From: a virus | DNA length: 64,000 bases | Strand: one strand, 5' to 3' | Virus record (IMG/VR): IMGVR_UViG_3300035490_000050 | Location: 72,455-136,454 of that record | Shown: positions 18,396 to 26,217 of the stretch, piece after piece | How the letters are laid out: every line of letters begins with the position of its first letter | Position numbering within the stretch: the first letter of the stretch is position 1 | Notes under the pieces: generated by a model | What the model was told of the DNA's origin: nothing | The model's input: only the letters and a program-made list of their open reading frames with translations | Database searches by the model: none | Made by a program: the position numbers and the translations under genes

Positions 18396-18857
18396 ATGAG
18401 CAAGATAAAAGGTGTAGACACGTCCGTTTCATCCACCCCAAAATTCTCACAGAACAAGCCTTCAGGCGATTTCACCCACAAAGACCTCAAGCCGTGCGGA
18501 GAAGGCGGTTGTCTCCCACTAGAACAGCCTGTAGGATTCGATGAGGTTGATATTCCTGAAGTGACCTCTCCTATCCCAACCAACTTTTCTACGGTCGTCC
18601 AGATCGTCAACGGCGTAGTAACGCCAACGCTGCAAGTACTGCTCTACGATGTACTAAGCGTGATCGACGCCTCAATCCCAAACAAGGATCAGAATCGGGC
18701 GGTCAAGAAGTTGATTCACGATGGCTTTGACAAGGCGTATCTGGACATCATCCGAGAAGCCTACCCTGATTCCAACTTTGCAATTGGACCAGGACACGCC
18801 TTAACGCCTCTAGCCGACAAGAGTATGGCAATTCAGGCGGCAATCAGCAAGGTGTAA
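18396..18857 (+). CDS. Hypothetical protein
   Basis: AAGGA RBS; TG-TACAAT -10 upstream. Confidence 0.65.
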   Translation: MSKIKGVDTSVSSTPKFSQNKPSGDFTHKDLKPCGEGGCLPLEQPVGFDEVDIPEVTSPIPTNFSTVVQIVNGVVTPTLQVLLYDVLSVIDASIPNKDQNRAVKKLIHDGFDKAYLDIIREAYPDSNFAIGPGHALTPLADKSMAIQAAISKV

Positions 18858-18874
18858 AAAGCGCAGAATTATCC

Positions 18875-18903
18875 TTGACAACTCAGGAAAACGGTAGTAC
18901 CTT
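18875..18903 (+). promoter_or_regulatory. sigma70-type promoter directly before initiator-like tRNA
   Basis: TTGACA-17-TACCTT. Confidence 0.7.
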
Positions 18904-18909
18904 GGGAAA

Positions 18910-18984
18910 TGCGGGTTGGTAGCGCAGTGTCATACGTCAGGCTCATAACCTGAAAATCTGGTGCAAGTCCAGTACCCGCAACCA
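18910..18984 (+). tRNA. tRNA-Met(CAT), initiator-like
   Basis: TCAGG-CTCATAA-CCTGA arm, (T)GCGGG..CCCGCA-ACCA acceptor. Confidence 0.85.
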
Positions 18985-19192
18985 ATCTGGAGGATGTCAT
19001 GGGAAATGGCATAATTCCGCATTAGCGGCTAGAAACCGCTAATCAGTAGAGCGAGAATCCGCTGCGGGAGGTAGTATATGCAGCAGCAGAAAAGGTTGGG
19101 GGAGATGGAGAAATCCCTCCCCCAGTCTCACAAGTAAAACGAGGCGTCGACACAAACCCACGCCTATCGCCTACAAATGAAAGTGGTGTGTT

Positions 19193-19876
19193 TTGAAAAT
19201 CATCGGCGGTCATGATTATTATGATGTAGCACTGTCGATGGGCATTGATCCACGGATTGTTCTCTTGCGCGGAAAGAGTAAGAGCATACCAGTAAAGGCT
19301 GCTGGCGGGAGTTTGCTTGATCGGTACTTGGAACTCAAGCCACAGGTTACGTACAACACCTACGGCATAGGAATTGAGAATGTTGCCGTGGCATTTTGTG
19401 GGAAGGTTTATCGTGGCGCTGTAGGATTGAAGTCGCTGGAGAAGCCAGAAGGACTCTGGTCAGCAGATAAGGCAAGAGCATTCGTCGCGCAGGAAAAGAA
19501 TAGAAAGATTGACGTGGACTCACGGTGGTATGATCGCAGAAACAGGATGACCATGGAGGAATATTTCACTCCTTTTGATGCTCCTGATGCTTTGCGGAAC
19601 TACATGATCGCCAACAAGATTTCGATTCTGGTTGAAGAGCCGCCAAAGTACCGTGGCGAGGAAAGCTATTTTCAGGTCAATCCTTTCACGCTGAAGCAAC
19701 TAGGATTCGCAAAGGCTCTTGACCCATACACGGCTTTTCAGGAACTTTCGATGTGGATCGGTGGAGTTCTTGGGGGAACGAGTCCAGAGATCGTGACGAT
19801 CAAGGATGACAAGGTTTTGATTGAGAATCACGGGTTTGACAACCGATTCTCATTTCGCGGTCCTCGGATCGCATAG
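19193..19876 (+). CDS. Conserved phage hypothetical protein
   Basis: MKII...DYYD start, DPYTAFQEL, HGFD..SFR end. Confidence 0.7.
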   Translation: MKIIGGHDYYDVALSMGIDPRIVLLRGKSKSIPVKAAGGSLLDRYLELKPQVTYNTYGIGIENVAVAFCGKVYRGAVGLKSLEKPEGLWSADKARAFVAQEKNRKIDVDSRWYDRRNRMTMEEYFTPFDAPDALRNYMIANKISILVEEPPKYRGEESYFQVNPFTLKQLGFAKALDPYTAFQELSMWIGGVLGGTSPEIVTIKDDKVLIENHGFDNRFSFRGPRIA

Positions 19877-19883
19877 GATTTAC

Positions 19884-19959
19884 GCAACCGTAGCATAGCG
19901 GCTAATGTACTTGATTGTCGATCAAGGGTACGCCAGTTCGAATCTGGTCGGTTGCGCCA
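19884..19959 (+). tRNA. tRNA-Asp(GTC)
   Basis: Loop TT-GTC-GA, GCCA. Confidence 0.92.
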
Positions 19960-19974
19960 TAATCTGAGGACGCC

Positions 19975-20481
19975 ATGAGAGATCGCGCAAAGACAATAGC
20001 ATCTCTCAGACGGCTTATAGAGCGTCCTGGTACGCCGCAGGAAGGCGAAACAGCAAGACGCCTATTAGAAATGATGGGCGGGAAGGATTGGGTTCCGCGT
20101 CCTTTCGATGCAAGCATGTATCCTTGCGGAACTGAGGTTTTCTACTGCTACTGGACATACGATAACGAACATGGAGTGGTTTGCAAGCAGCCGCCAAAGA
20201 TAGAAAGAGGCCAATGGTGGATGCGAATCAAATTCGATAAGCTGAAGCAGCCGCGTTGGGTAGCAGTAACGAGCGAACTTGGATGCCATTTAGGTTTTGA
20301 GCCGTTCAAGGGAAACGACAAGGAAGTTCTCTACCATCGGGATATAGAATGGGAAGAGACGTATCGGAAGATGATTGAAGAATTCAGGGCGCTAGGAATT
20401 GACGTAAGCCGACTTGAGCACGAAGAGGTACAAGATGCACGCGATACCGGGTTGGATGTGCGGAGTGGACTTCTCCTGTGA
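19975..20481 (+). CDS. Hypothetical protein
   Basis: GAGG RBS; N-terminal RPGTPQEGETA motif. Confidence 0.65.
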   Translation: MRDRAKTIASLRRLIERPGTPQEGETARRLLEMMGGKDWVPRPFDASMYPCGTEVFYCYWTYDNEHGVVCKQPPKIERGQWWMRIKFDKLKQPRWVAVTSELGCHLGFEPFKGNDKEVLYHRDIEWEETYRKMIEEFRALGIDVSRLEHEEVQDARDTGLDVRSGLLL

Positions 20482-20729
20482 ATTAGGGGAAGCGAACGGC
20501 GGGAATACGATCTATCCGTCAGAGGAAAATCTCCGCGCCAACAGGAAATGCGTAAATTCCTCAGCGCCAGAGGATAAGATGTGCTACCCTGTTGAAGTCG
20601 TCACGATGTCGAAAGAGGACTTTCTTGAACTGGTAGAGAAGGCTGGCATTGATCCTGCGGCGATTCGGTCAAGCAATTGGGGACCAGCGGTTTGGACGAA
20701 AGAACAGGGATTGATTCAGTAGAGTTTTT

Positions 20730-20807
20730 GAGATGGCAGAGTGCGTTGGTTTGCTCCACGGCTTTTCACACCGTGCCACGCGGGTTCGATTCCCGTCCAT
20801 CTCGCCA
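20730..20807 (+). tRNA. tRNA-Glu(TTC)
   Basis: Loop TT-TTC-AC, GCCA. Confidence 0.88.
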
Positions 20808-20813
20808 AGTTTT

Positions 20814-20891
20814 GGGGTCACCGTCTAAATGGATTTGGATACCTGATTCTCACTCAGGAGATTGCGAGTTCGATCCTCGCTGACCCTACCA
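20814..20891 (+). tRNA. tRNA-Glu(CTC)
   Basis: Loop TT-CTC-AC, ACCA. Confidence 0.92.
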
Positions 20892-20969
20892 CAATTCAAG
20901 ACTCGCGACCTGATCTGAGTCAACGGGCTGGCACGGTGACCAGTGCATCAACCGAAAAGGAGAATAACG

Positions 20970-21344
20970 ATGCGTACCCGTTGCAAGTTCAGAGTCGTTG
21001 GTATTGAGAGTGTTGAACACGCGATCTTCAAGAAGGTATACAAGGCCGATGTGAGCGCCGAAGAATATGAAGCGATCACATCTCAAGAGTGGACCGAATA
21101 TCCTCCCAATCCAGACAGGCGTCTCGGTGGTGGTCCTGAGCCAAAGTTGTACAAGCAGATATTTCTAGCGAACGCTCAGAATATCCGATTGGCTGCTCAG
21201 TACGACCCTTCCATTCCCGAAGATCAGCGGTTCATGGAAGCCACACCCTCTGGGGAAATCAAGATGTATATTTCCAATCCCGCAGTGATAAACGGCTTCA
21301 AGATCGGAACGAACTACTACGTTGATCTGACGCCCTGCGATTAA
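20970..21344 (+). CDS. Conserved phage hypothetical protein
   Basis: AGGAG RBS; RCKFRV...F.EATPSGEI.M.I.NP motif. Confidence 0.7.
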   Translation: MRTRCKFRVVGIESVEHAIFKKVYKADVSAEEYEAITSQEWTEYPPNPDRRLGGGPEPKLYKQIFLANAQNIRLAAQYDPSIPEDQRFMEATPSGEIKMYISNPAVINGFKIGTNYYVDLTPCD

Positions 21345-21365
21345 CATTGTCTGCCGTACCAGCAC

Positions 21366-21405
21366 AAAAAGAGAAGCCCACCGATGTCTTGGTGGGCCTT
21401 TCTTT
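21366..21405. terminator. Bidirectional intrinsic terminator
   Basis: A-tract, GCCCACCGA/TTGGTGGGC stem, T-tract between convergent genes. Confidence 0.75.
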
Positions 21406-21432
21406 GCACTCCCCTCGTAAGGTGATACCAGT

Positions 21433-22182
21433 TTACTTCTTTGGACTTCCCATGTCAACAGGAGCCATCCGACGCGACATTCCTGCCGCTCTCATTGCCC
21501 GCACGGGAACGCTCTTGTAGAAGTCGTTCGTCGTTCGTCCAACGCTTGCGGAGAACGCCATCGTAGCGTGCGCAGTGTTGGCGTAGGCTGCTCTTACATT
21601 GCTTTGGTCGAAGACAACCGAATTGGAGAGATTGATGCCCATTGAATCTCCAGCCGTGAACGCACTGAGATCAGCGCCGAGGAAGACGAAGGTCCAGTTT
21701 CCTTCCTTCTCTTTATTCTCGATCAGTTCCTTGATCTTCGCAAGATTGAATTCTCGTGACGAATTTTCCTGCCCGTCCGTCAAGATGACGGTGAGAATCT
21801 TTGGCATCATCCCAAGTGACGGAACGCCTGCAAATGATGCTTCGACCTTGGAAACAGTGGACCCGATAGCGTCGAGAAGCGCGGTGCCGCCGCATGGAAC
21901 GTAACTCTGCTTGGTGAGTTCCGGCACCTCAGAGAGAGCGATGGATACGTGACGGTTTTCAAACCGCGTATCGAACAATGTAAGGCTGAAAGCATACGTC
22001 GATTTCTTGTCTTTTTTCAACTCACTGATATACGTGTTGAAACCGCCGATGGTGTCGTCCAAACAGGTAGCCATGGAACCGGACTTGTCGAGAACAAAGT
22101 TGATGAGAACCTTACCGTTTTTTGCGGCGGCTGGATTTGACTTCTTTGCAATCTTCTTTGGTGCGGATTTCTTTGCTGGCAT
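21433..22182 (-). CDS. VWA-domain protein
   Basis: MIDAS LDKSGSM, GGTALLDAIG, ILTDGQENSSREF. Confidence 0.9.
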   Translation of the reverse strand: MPAKKSAPKKIAKKSNPAAAKNGKVLINFVLDKSGSMATCLDDTIGGFNTYISELKKDKKSTYAFSLTLFDTRFENRHVSIALSEVPELTKQSYVPCGGTALLDAIGSTVSKVEASFAGVPSLGMMPKILTVILTDGQENSSREFNLAKIKELIENKEKEGNWTFVFLGADLSAFTAGDSMGINLSNSVVFDQSNVRAAYANTAHATMAFSASVGRTTNDFYKSVPVRAMRAAGMSRRMAPVDMGSPKK

Positions 22183-22417
22183 TCGTATTCTCCTGTGCTG
22201 CTAACGCGGTTGAAAGTGTTGATTCAGGTACGCGGTAGCACCGCTCCGCGCCAAGGAAGCTGTAGATTGCAGGTCCAGGTTCACGCCGCGAGTTGTAAAC
22301 GTCATTCAGATATTGCGGCGAGACACCCATCGTCTGCGCAAATTCCTTTTGCGTCCTCTCCCCTTGAATCTTCTGCATGATTTCCAAGAGTCCTGCGATA
22401 TTCGTCACCCTGTACAT
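22112..22417 (-). CDS. XRE-family HTH protein
   Basis: TQKEFAQTMGVSPQYLNDV..RREPG; leaderless promoter TTGCAT-17-TATTAT. Confidence 0.75.
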   Translation of the reverse strand: MYRVTNIAGLLEIMQKIQGERTQKEFAQTMGVSPQYLNDVYNSRREPGPAIYSFLGAERCYRVPESTLSTALAAQENTNASKEIRTKEDCKEVKSSRRKKR

Positions 22418-22479
22418 AAATACTATAATACGCGGATTTGTGGTATAATGCAAGTAGAAAGTTTTTGAAAAGGAGTTTC

Positions 22480-23070
22480 ATGGGAGCGAAGCGTTTACCT
22501 GCCACCGTAAAAAATCTGACGCCTATGCGTGCTGCATGGCTTGCTGCTCTGATTGATGGAGAAGGAACAATCAGTATCCACCTAACGCCTAACGGATCAA
22601 AACGTGCGTGGATCGCGGTTTACAACACAAACACCGATATTCTTGACAAATGTGCCTATGTGTGTGGCGCTGGCGTTGTTCGGAAGAAAATGCCGGGAAA
22701 GAAGAATGATGGATTCAAACGATTGCAAATGTGGGAATGGGAACTTGATAGAGCAAGAGATGCTCACCATCTTCTATGCCAACTTTATCCGTACCTGATA
22801 ATCAAGCAACACAAAGCAATAGACCTCATTGTTCATTGGAGGGACGAAAGAACCAACGATATTTCAGAAAACGACCACGACGACGTAAAGGAAATGAAGA
22901 TGGCGCAGCGTCATTTAAGCAACAGGGAATTTTCGGTCGCACTTGGTTTCGGATACGGATGCGTCAGCGGAATATATTCTCGGAATGATCCGCTTTCATC
23001 GAGAGTCAGAATCGCGTTGGATAAATACAAGACAGAAATGCCAAACAGAAAAGAATTATCTTGGCGATGA
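22480..23070 (+). CDS. LAGLIDADG endonuclease-like protein with C-terminal HTH
   Basis: AWLAALIDGEGTI, LYPYLIIK. Confidence 0.85.
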   Translation: MGAKRLPATVKNLTPMRAAWLAALIDGEGTISIHLTPNGSKRAWIAVYNTNTDILDKCAYVCGAGVVRKKMPGKKNDGFKRLQMWEWELDRARDAHHLLCQLYPYLIIKQHKAIDLIVHWRDERTNDISENDHDDVKEMKMAQRHLSNREFSVALGFGYGCVSGIYSRNDPLSSRVRIALDKYKTEMPNRKELSWR

Positions 23071-23079
23071 AAATAGTCC

Positions 23080-23108
23080 TTGACAGCGATTCCCATCTGC
23101 GCTAAGGT
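23080..23108 (+). promoter_or_regulatory. sigma70-type promoter of tRNA array 2
   Basis: TTGACA-17-TAAGGT; ATG of leader 7 nt later (leaderless). Confidence 0.8.
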
Positions 23109-23115
23109 AGAAAAC

Positions 23116-23196
23116 ATGAAGACGCGATTCCAAAACGCCAATCCAACAGCGACGGCAACGCCGCAGGGTCATGGTGCGGAATCAGGGTCTCAGTAG
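23116..23196 (+). CDS. Leader peptide of tRNA array 2 (MKTRFQNANPTATATPQGHGAESGSQ)
   Basis: Codons 3-21 all specify amino acids served by array 2 tRNAs. Confidence 0.82.
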   Translation: MKTRFQNANPTATATPQGHGAESGSQ

Positions 23197-23229
23197 GATT
23201 TTTACTCGCATAGAGCGAGTAAAACTGAA

Positions 23230-23270
23230 GAGGCCCGGTCCAAAGAAGCGGATCGGGCCTCGGTGCTTTT
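23230..23270 (+). terminator. Attenuator terminator before tRNA array 2
   Basis: 12-bp stem GAGGCCCGGTCC/GGATCGGGCCTC, offset T-tract; 5' arm can pair instead with 23178-23194. Confidence 0.7.
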
Positions 23271-23278
23271 AGGGATGT

Positions 23279-23354
23279 TCCACGGTCGTCTAACTGTGAA
23301 GACACCGAACTGTTAATTCGGGTAATGCAGGTCAGAATCCTGCCTGTGGAGCCA
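23279..23354 (+). tRNA. tRNA-Asn(GTT)
   Basis: Loop CT-GTT-AA, atypical T-loop TCAGAAT, GCCA. Confidence 0.88.
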
Positions 23355-23363
23355 GTTTGAAGT

Positions 23364-23439
23364 TGGGGAGAAGTTCAACGGGTGGAACAATCGGCTCTGA
23401 CCCGATAGGCAGAAAGTTCGAGACTTTCCTCCCCAGCCA
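23364..23439 (+). tRNA. tRNA-Gln(CTG)
   Basis: U1-A72, loop CT-CTG-AC, GCCA. Confidence 0.92.
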
Positions 23440-23446
23440 AGATCGT

Positions 23447-23520
23447 TGCCCGTTCGTTCAACGGTAGGACACCGCCCTTTGGAGGCGAGGATGGCGGTTC
23501 AAGTCCGTCACGGGTAGCCA
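23447..23520 (+). tRNA. tRNA-Gln(TTG)
   Basis: U1-A72, loop CT-TTG-GA, GCCA. Confidence 0.94.
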
Positions 23521-23527
23521 AATTAAC

Positions 23528-23601
23528 GCGGGCATAGCTCAGTGGTAGAGTGCTGGCTTGCCGAGCCGGAGACGCGGATTCAAGTTCCGCTGCCCGCTCC
23601 A
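23528..23601 (+). tRNA. tRNA-Gly(GCC)
   Basis: Loop TT-GCC-GA, TCCA. Confidence 0.95.
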
Positions 23602-23682
23602 TATTGAAAGAGGAAGACGATGAAGGTTGATTTGGACGCCAGCATGGAATCGGTATACGGAAGGCTGGCAGGAAGGTTTCAG

Positions 23683-23757
23683 GCTGCTGTGGCAGAGAGC
23701 TTATGCGCTGACCCCGTAAGTCAGAATACAAGGGTTGAAATCCCTTCGGCAGCTCCA
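23683..23757 (+). tRNA. tRNA-Thr(CGT), C33 variant
   Basis: Loop CC-CGT-AA, TCCA. Confidence 0.85.
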
Positions 23758-23782
23758 GAATGTGACGAAAGCGAGTAGGACG

Positions 23783-24328
23783 ATGAACTTACTGAAAAAA
23801 CCCGTACTTTTGCTCAACGCATCGTATGAGGCAATTCGCATAATTTCAGCAAAGAGATCGCTGACTCTCTTAACGAAAGGAAAAGTTGCGGTCGAACTTG
23901 CAACGGACAGGGAAGTTTATCCTGGCGTGTTTTTGCCTAGCGTTATCCGTCTTCTTGTCTACAAGCATGTTCCCGTCAGAATGCAGCAGATGACGCGCAA
24001 AAACCTGTACTTGAGAGACGGTTACAAATGTGGCTATTGCGGTGAGCAGTTTTCTGGAAGCGAACTGACTTTGGATCACATTATCCCAAAGGCGCAAGGT
24101 GGAAAGAACACGTATGAGAACTTGATTACCTGCTGCCGCAAGGATAACCATCGGAAAGCGGATCGGACGCCTCAACAGGCAGGAATGGTTTTGTTGAGAC
24201 GGCCTATCCCGGCAACGGTTCACACTGGTAGGCACATCATGCGTTCGCTAGGATTAGAAACGCAGGGATGGGCAAAATATCTTTGGGCTGATGCTGATGG
24301 TGAGCAGAGGTTAGTGGCAAGAGGATGA
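23783..24328 (+). CDS. HNH endonuclease (McrA-like) inside tRNA array
   Basis: VLLLNASYE, PSVIRL, RDGYKCGYCG, TLDHIIPKAQGG, NL..CC..NHRK..RTP. Confidence 0.92.
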   Translation: MNLLKKPVLLLNASYEAIRIISAKRSLTLLTKGKVAVELATDREVYPGVFLPSVIRLLVYKHVPVRMQQMTRKNLYLRDGYKCGYCGEQFSGSELTLDHIIPKAQGGKNTYENLITCCRKDNHRKADRTPQQAGMVLLRRPIPATVHTGRHIMRSLGLETQGWAKYLWADADGEQRLVARG

Positions 24329-24332
24329 GTTT

Positions 24333-24407
24333 GCACTCTAAACATTGCTGGTGATGCCTTCCCCTGTAAGGAAGTTTAACGGAGTTCGAGTCTCCGAGAG
24401 TGCTCCA
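24333..24407 (+). tRNA. tRNA-Thr(TGT), C33 variant
   Basis: Loop CC-TGT-AA, TCCA. Confidence 0.87.
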
Positions 24408-24410
24408 AGT

Positions 24411-24487
24411 GTGGCCGTAGTTCAAGAGGAAGAACACATGCCTGTGGCGCATGTATGATGGGCTTTCGAGCAGCCCCGGCCACCCCA
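24411..24487 (+). tRNA. tRNA-His(GTG)
   Basis: Loop CT-GTG-GC, C73, CCA. Confidence 0.88.
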
Positions 24488-24492
24488 TTTGT

Positions 24493-24567
24493 GGGGGTGT
24501 AGTGACAATGAGAACACGTCCCGTTTGCACCGGGAAAATCGGAGTTTGAATCTCCGCATCTCCACCA
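24493..24567 (+). tRNA. tRNA-Ala(TGC)
   Basis: G3.U70, loop TT-TGC-AC, ACCA. Confidence 0.9.
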
Positions 24568-24577
24568 CGTAGTTTTT

Positions 24578-24653
24578 GTCTACTGAGCTAGTGCGGTCAT
24601 AGCAATCGCCTGAAGAGCGATGGAATCCGGTTCGACTCCGGGAGTAGGCACCA
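24578..24653 (+). tRNA. tRNA-Phe(GAA)
   Basis: Loop CT-GAA-GA, ACCA. Confidence 0.93.
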
Positions 24654-24654
24654 T

Positions 24655-24728
24655 CAGGGAATAGTGTAGTGCTAACATCCGTGTTTTGGGCACACGTGTC
24701 CGGGGTTGGAATCCCCGTTCCCTGACCA
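24655..24728 (+). tRNA. tRNA-Pro(TGG)
   Basis: C1-G72, loop TT-TGG-GC, ACCA. Confidence 0.9.
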
Positions 24729-24733
24729 TTTTT

Positions 24734-24808
24734 CAACCCGTCGTTCAACGGAAAGGACGATGCGCTACGAACGCATAAATGGGGATTCGACTTCCTCCGG
24801 GTTGACCA
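24734..24808 (+). tRNA. tRNA-Arg(ACG)
   Basis: Loop CT-ACG-AA, ACCA. Confidence 0.92.
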
Positions 24809-24844
24809 TAGTTCGCAAGCACGAAATAAAGTTGAAAATAATGC

Positions 24845-24873
24845 TTGCAAATGTCTGGAATGTGTAGTAGGCT
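24845..24873 (+). promoter_or_regulatory. sigma70-type promoter of Y-like RNA / HNH / TROVE operon
   Basis: TTGCAA-17-TAGGCT. Confidence 0.7.
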
Positions 24874-24902
24874 TGATTTCGTTGGGTTTTGAAACACAGG
24901 TT

Positions 24903-25027
24903 TGCGTCTACTGTTGAGCGTACATGATGACTAGCTCACTCGGTAGAGCGATTCCCTTCAAAGGAATAGGTCACTGGTTCGATTCCAGTGTCATCTACTT
25001 CGGTAGATCGCTCAACGTCTTGACGCA
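24903..25027 (+). ncRNA. Y-RNA-like RNA 1: outer stem with TACT/GTCTT loop enclosing a cloverleaf (anticodon TCA) and a UUCG hairpin
   Basis: TGCGTC/GACGCA and GTTGAGCG/CGCTCAAC stems; cloverleaf 24926-24995. Confidence 0.75.
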
Positions 25028-25033
25028 GTAAAT

Positions 25034-25151
25034 TTGGGTGTAATTTTCGGCTTACATGAGCCTGTTTGGTCAGGCACTTGCCGTTGGAGCAAACTAACCC
25101 GGTTCGATTCCGGGATGTTACCCGAAAGGGTTGCCGAGAGACTTCACCCAA
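25034..25151 (+). ncRNA. Y-RNA-like RNA 2: same architecture as RNA 1
   Basis: TTGGGTG/CACCCAA, TAAT/GACTT loop, TTTCGGC/GCCGAGA, D, anticodon and T arms, GAAA hairpin. Confidence 0.72.
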
Positions 25152-25159
25152 TAAGTTGT

Positions 25160-25277
25160 GGGGGACCGCTTAGTAAACCGAGGACGACTTCTCGGAAACG
25201 AGTACGGTTCTAGGATACATGACAAGCATACAGCCGAAAGGCTGTGTATCGTGGCTAAACACCACGGTCCTCCACCA
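25160..25277 (+). ncRNA. tRNA-like RNA 3 with Ala-type acceptor (G3.U70, ACCA) and Y-like loop
   Basis: GGGGGAC/GTCCTCC-ACCA; AGGAC-GACTT-CTCG-gaaa-CGAG-TACG-GTTCT. Confidence 0.68.
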
Positions 25278-25298
25278 AAGTTTTGTAGTACAAGTTGT

Positions 25299-25419
25299 GG
25301 CGGGTTAGCAAAACGGAAAAGCTCTGCATGTCTTGACGCGCAATCGTCTATTTTGCAGGTTACATGCACATTCACTCGGAGAATGCACAATCTAGGTTCG
25401 ACTCCTAGACCCGCCACCA
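25299..25419 (+). ncRNA. tRNA-like RNA 4 with CCA end, anticodon loop replaced by Y-like loop
   Basis: GGCGGGT/ACCCGCC-ACCA, D arm, CTGCA-t-GTCTT-GACG-cgcaat-CGTC-TATT-t-TGCAG, V-arm, canonical T arm. Confidence 0.75.
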
Positions 25420-25628
25420 TAAGATTTACCGCATGGGAGTGCGGAAACGAGTTTGGCTGACACTGGTTTCGTGGATACATGTTTTTGGGGATCATATCCC
25501 CACCCCCCGCCTAAGCCCTTTGGCAACGGAGGATTTAGGCGGGGGTTCTGAGGGCCGCAAGGCTGCTTAGAAAACAATTGCCCACAACCGACTTTCAGCC
25601 ACTATTTTTGTGCCTTGGGAGAGGGAAT

Positions 25629-26189
25629 ATGGCCAGCGGTGATCGTTTCTACATGCTATCCTTGCGCCATCGCCCTGCGGTGTACGGCGATCTCGGAAAC
25701 ATCCTCAAAATCGAAGGTTTGGTGGTAGGCGGAGAAGGGGCGCATGTAATTCTTACGCTTCCCTCTTCCGATCTAAAAACTGATACCTACTGGGATGCTA
25801 ATACATTCCCAGCAATTCATCAGTTATCCCTTGAGGAGTGGACCGATTTTCTAGCGCGTACTGACGATCCAGAAATTCTAATCGGTCAAGCGAAGGCTTT
25901 CCATCGCAAATGCCGTTATGAAATTTCAGGGGCGGTACAGCAGAAGATATGGGTAGCTGATGGTCTAAAGTGCATGTACTGCGGAGTCAGGATGGGCAGG
26001 GCACAACTCACAGTGGACCATTGGGAATCGCTTGAGGCTGGTGGAAAGAACGATAGCTCAAATTTTCTCGCAGCCTGCAAGACGTGTAATAAGGCCAAAG
26101 GTTCCATGCCGCCGCGTGACTGGTGCAGCCTTCGCAAAATTGATTACGACTTCTTTGTGGAGTATCTGAGAACGAGGAAGTTGCCTTAA
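25629..26189 (+). CDS. HNH endonuclease-domain protein
   Basis: DGLKCMYCG, LTVDH, GG....NFLAACKTCNKAKG. Confidence 0.85.
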   Translation: MASGDRFYMLSLRHRPAVYGDLGNILKIEGLVVGGEGAHVILTLPSSDLKTDTYWDANTFPAIHQLSLEEWTDFLARTDDPEILIGQAKAFHRKCRYEISGAVQQKIWVADGLKCMYCGVRMGRAQLTVDHWESLEAGGKNDSSNFLAACKTCNKAKGSMPPRDWCSLRKIDYDFFVEYLRTRKLP

Positions 26190-26217
26190 CACTTTTCGCA
26201 CCGGGAGGGCGAATACT

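Noticed and set aside
19078-19137. Short ORF MQQQKRLGEMEKSLPQSHK as a leader for Asp/Glu tRNAs
   Set aside because: No Asp codons, only two Glu, and no clear terminator/antiterminator pair.
20895-20960. Riboswitch upstream of 20970
   Set aside because: Two small hairpins only; no recognisable aptamer consensus.
24926-24995. UGA recoding or tRNA-Sec
   Set aside because: Many intact genes end in TGA with normal coupling; the RNA lacks Sec geometry and CCA.
25160-25277. tmRNA
   Set aside because: Ala-type ends but only 118 nt, no tag ORF or pseudoknot region, non-canonical T-loop.
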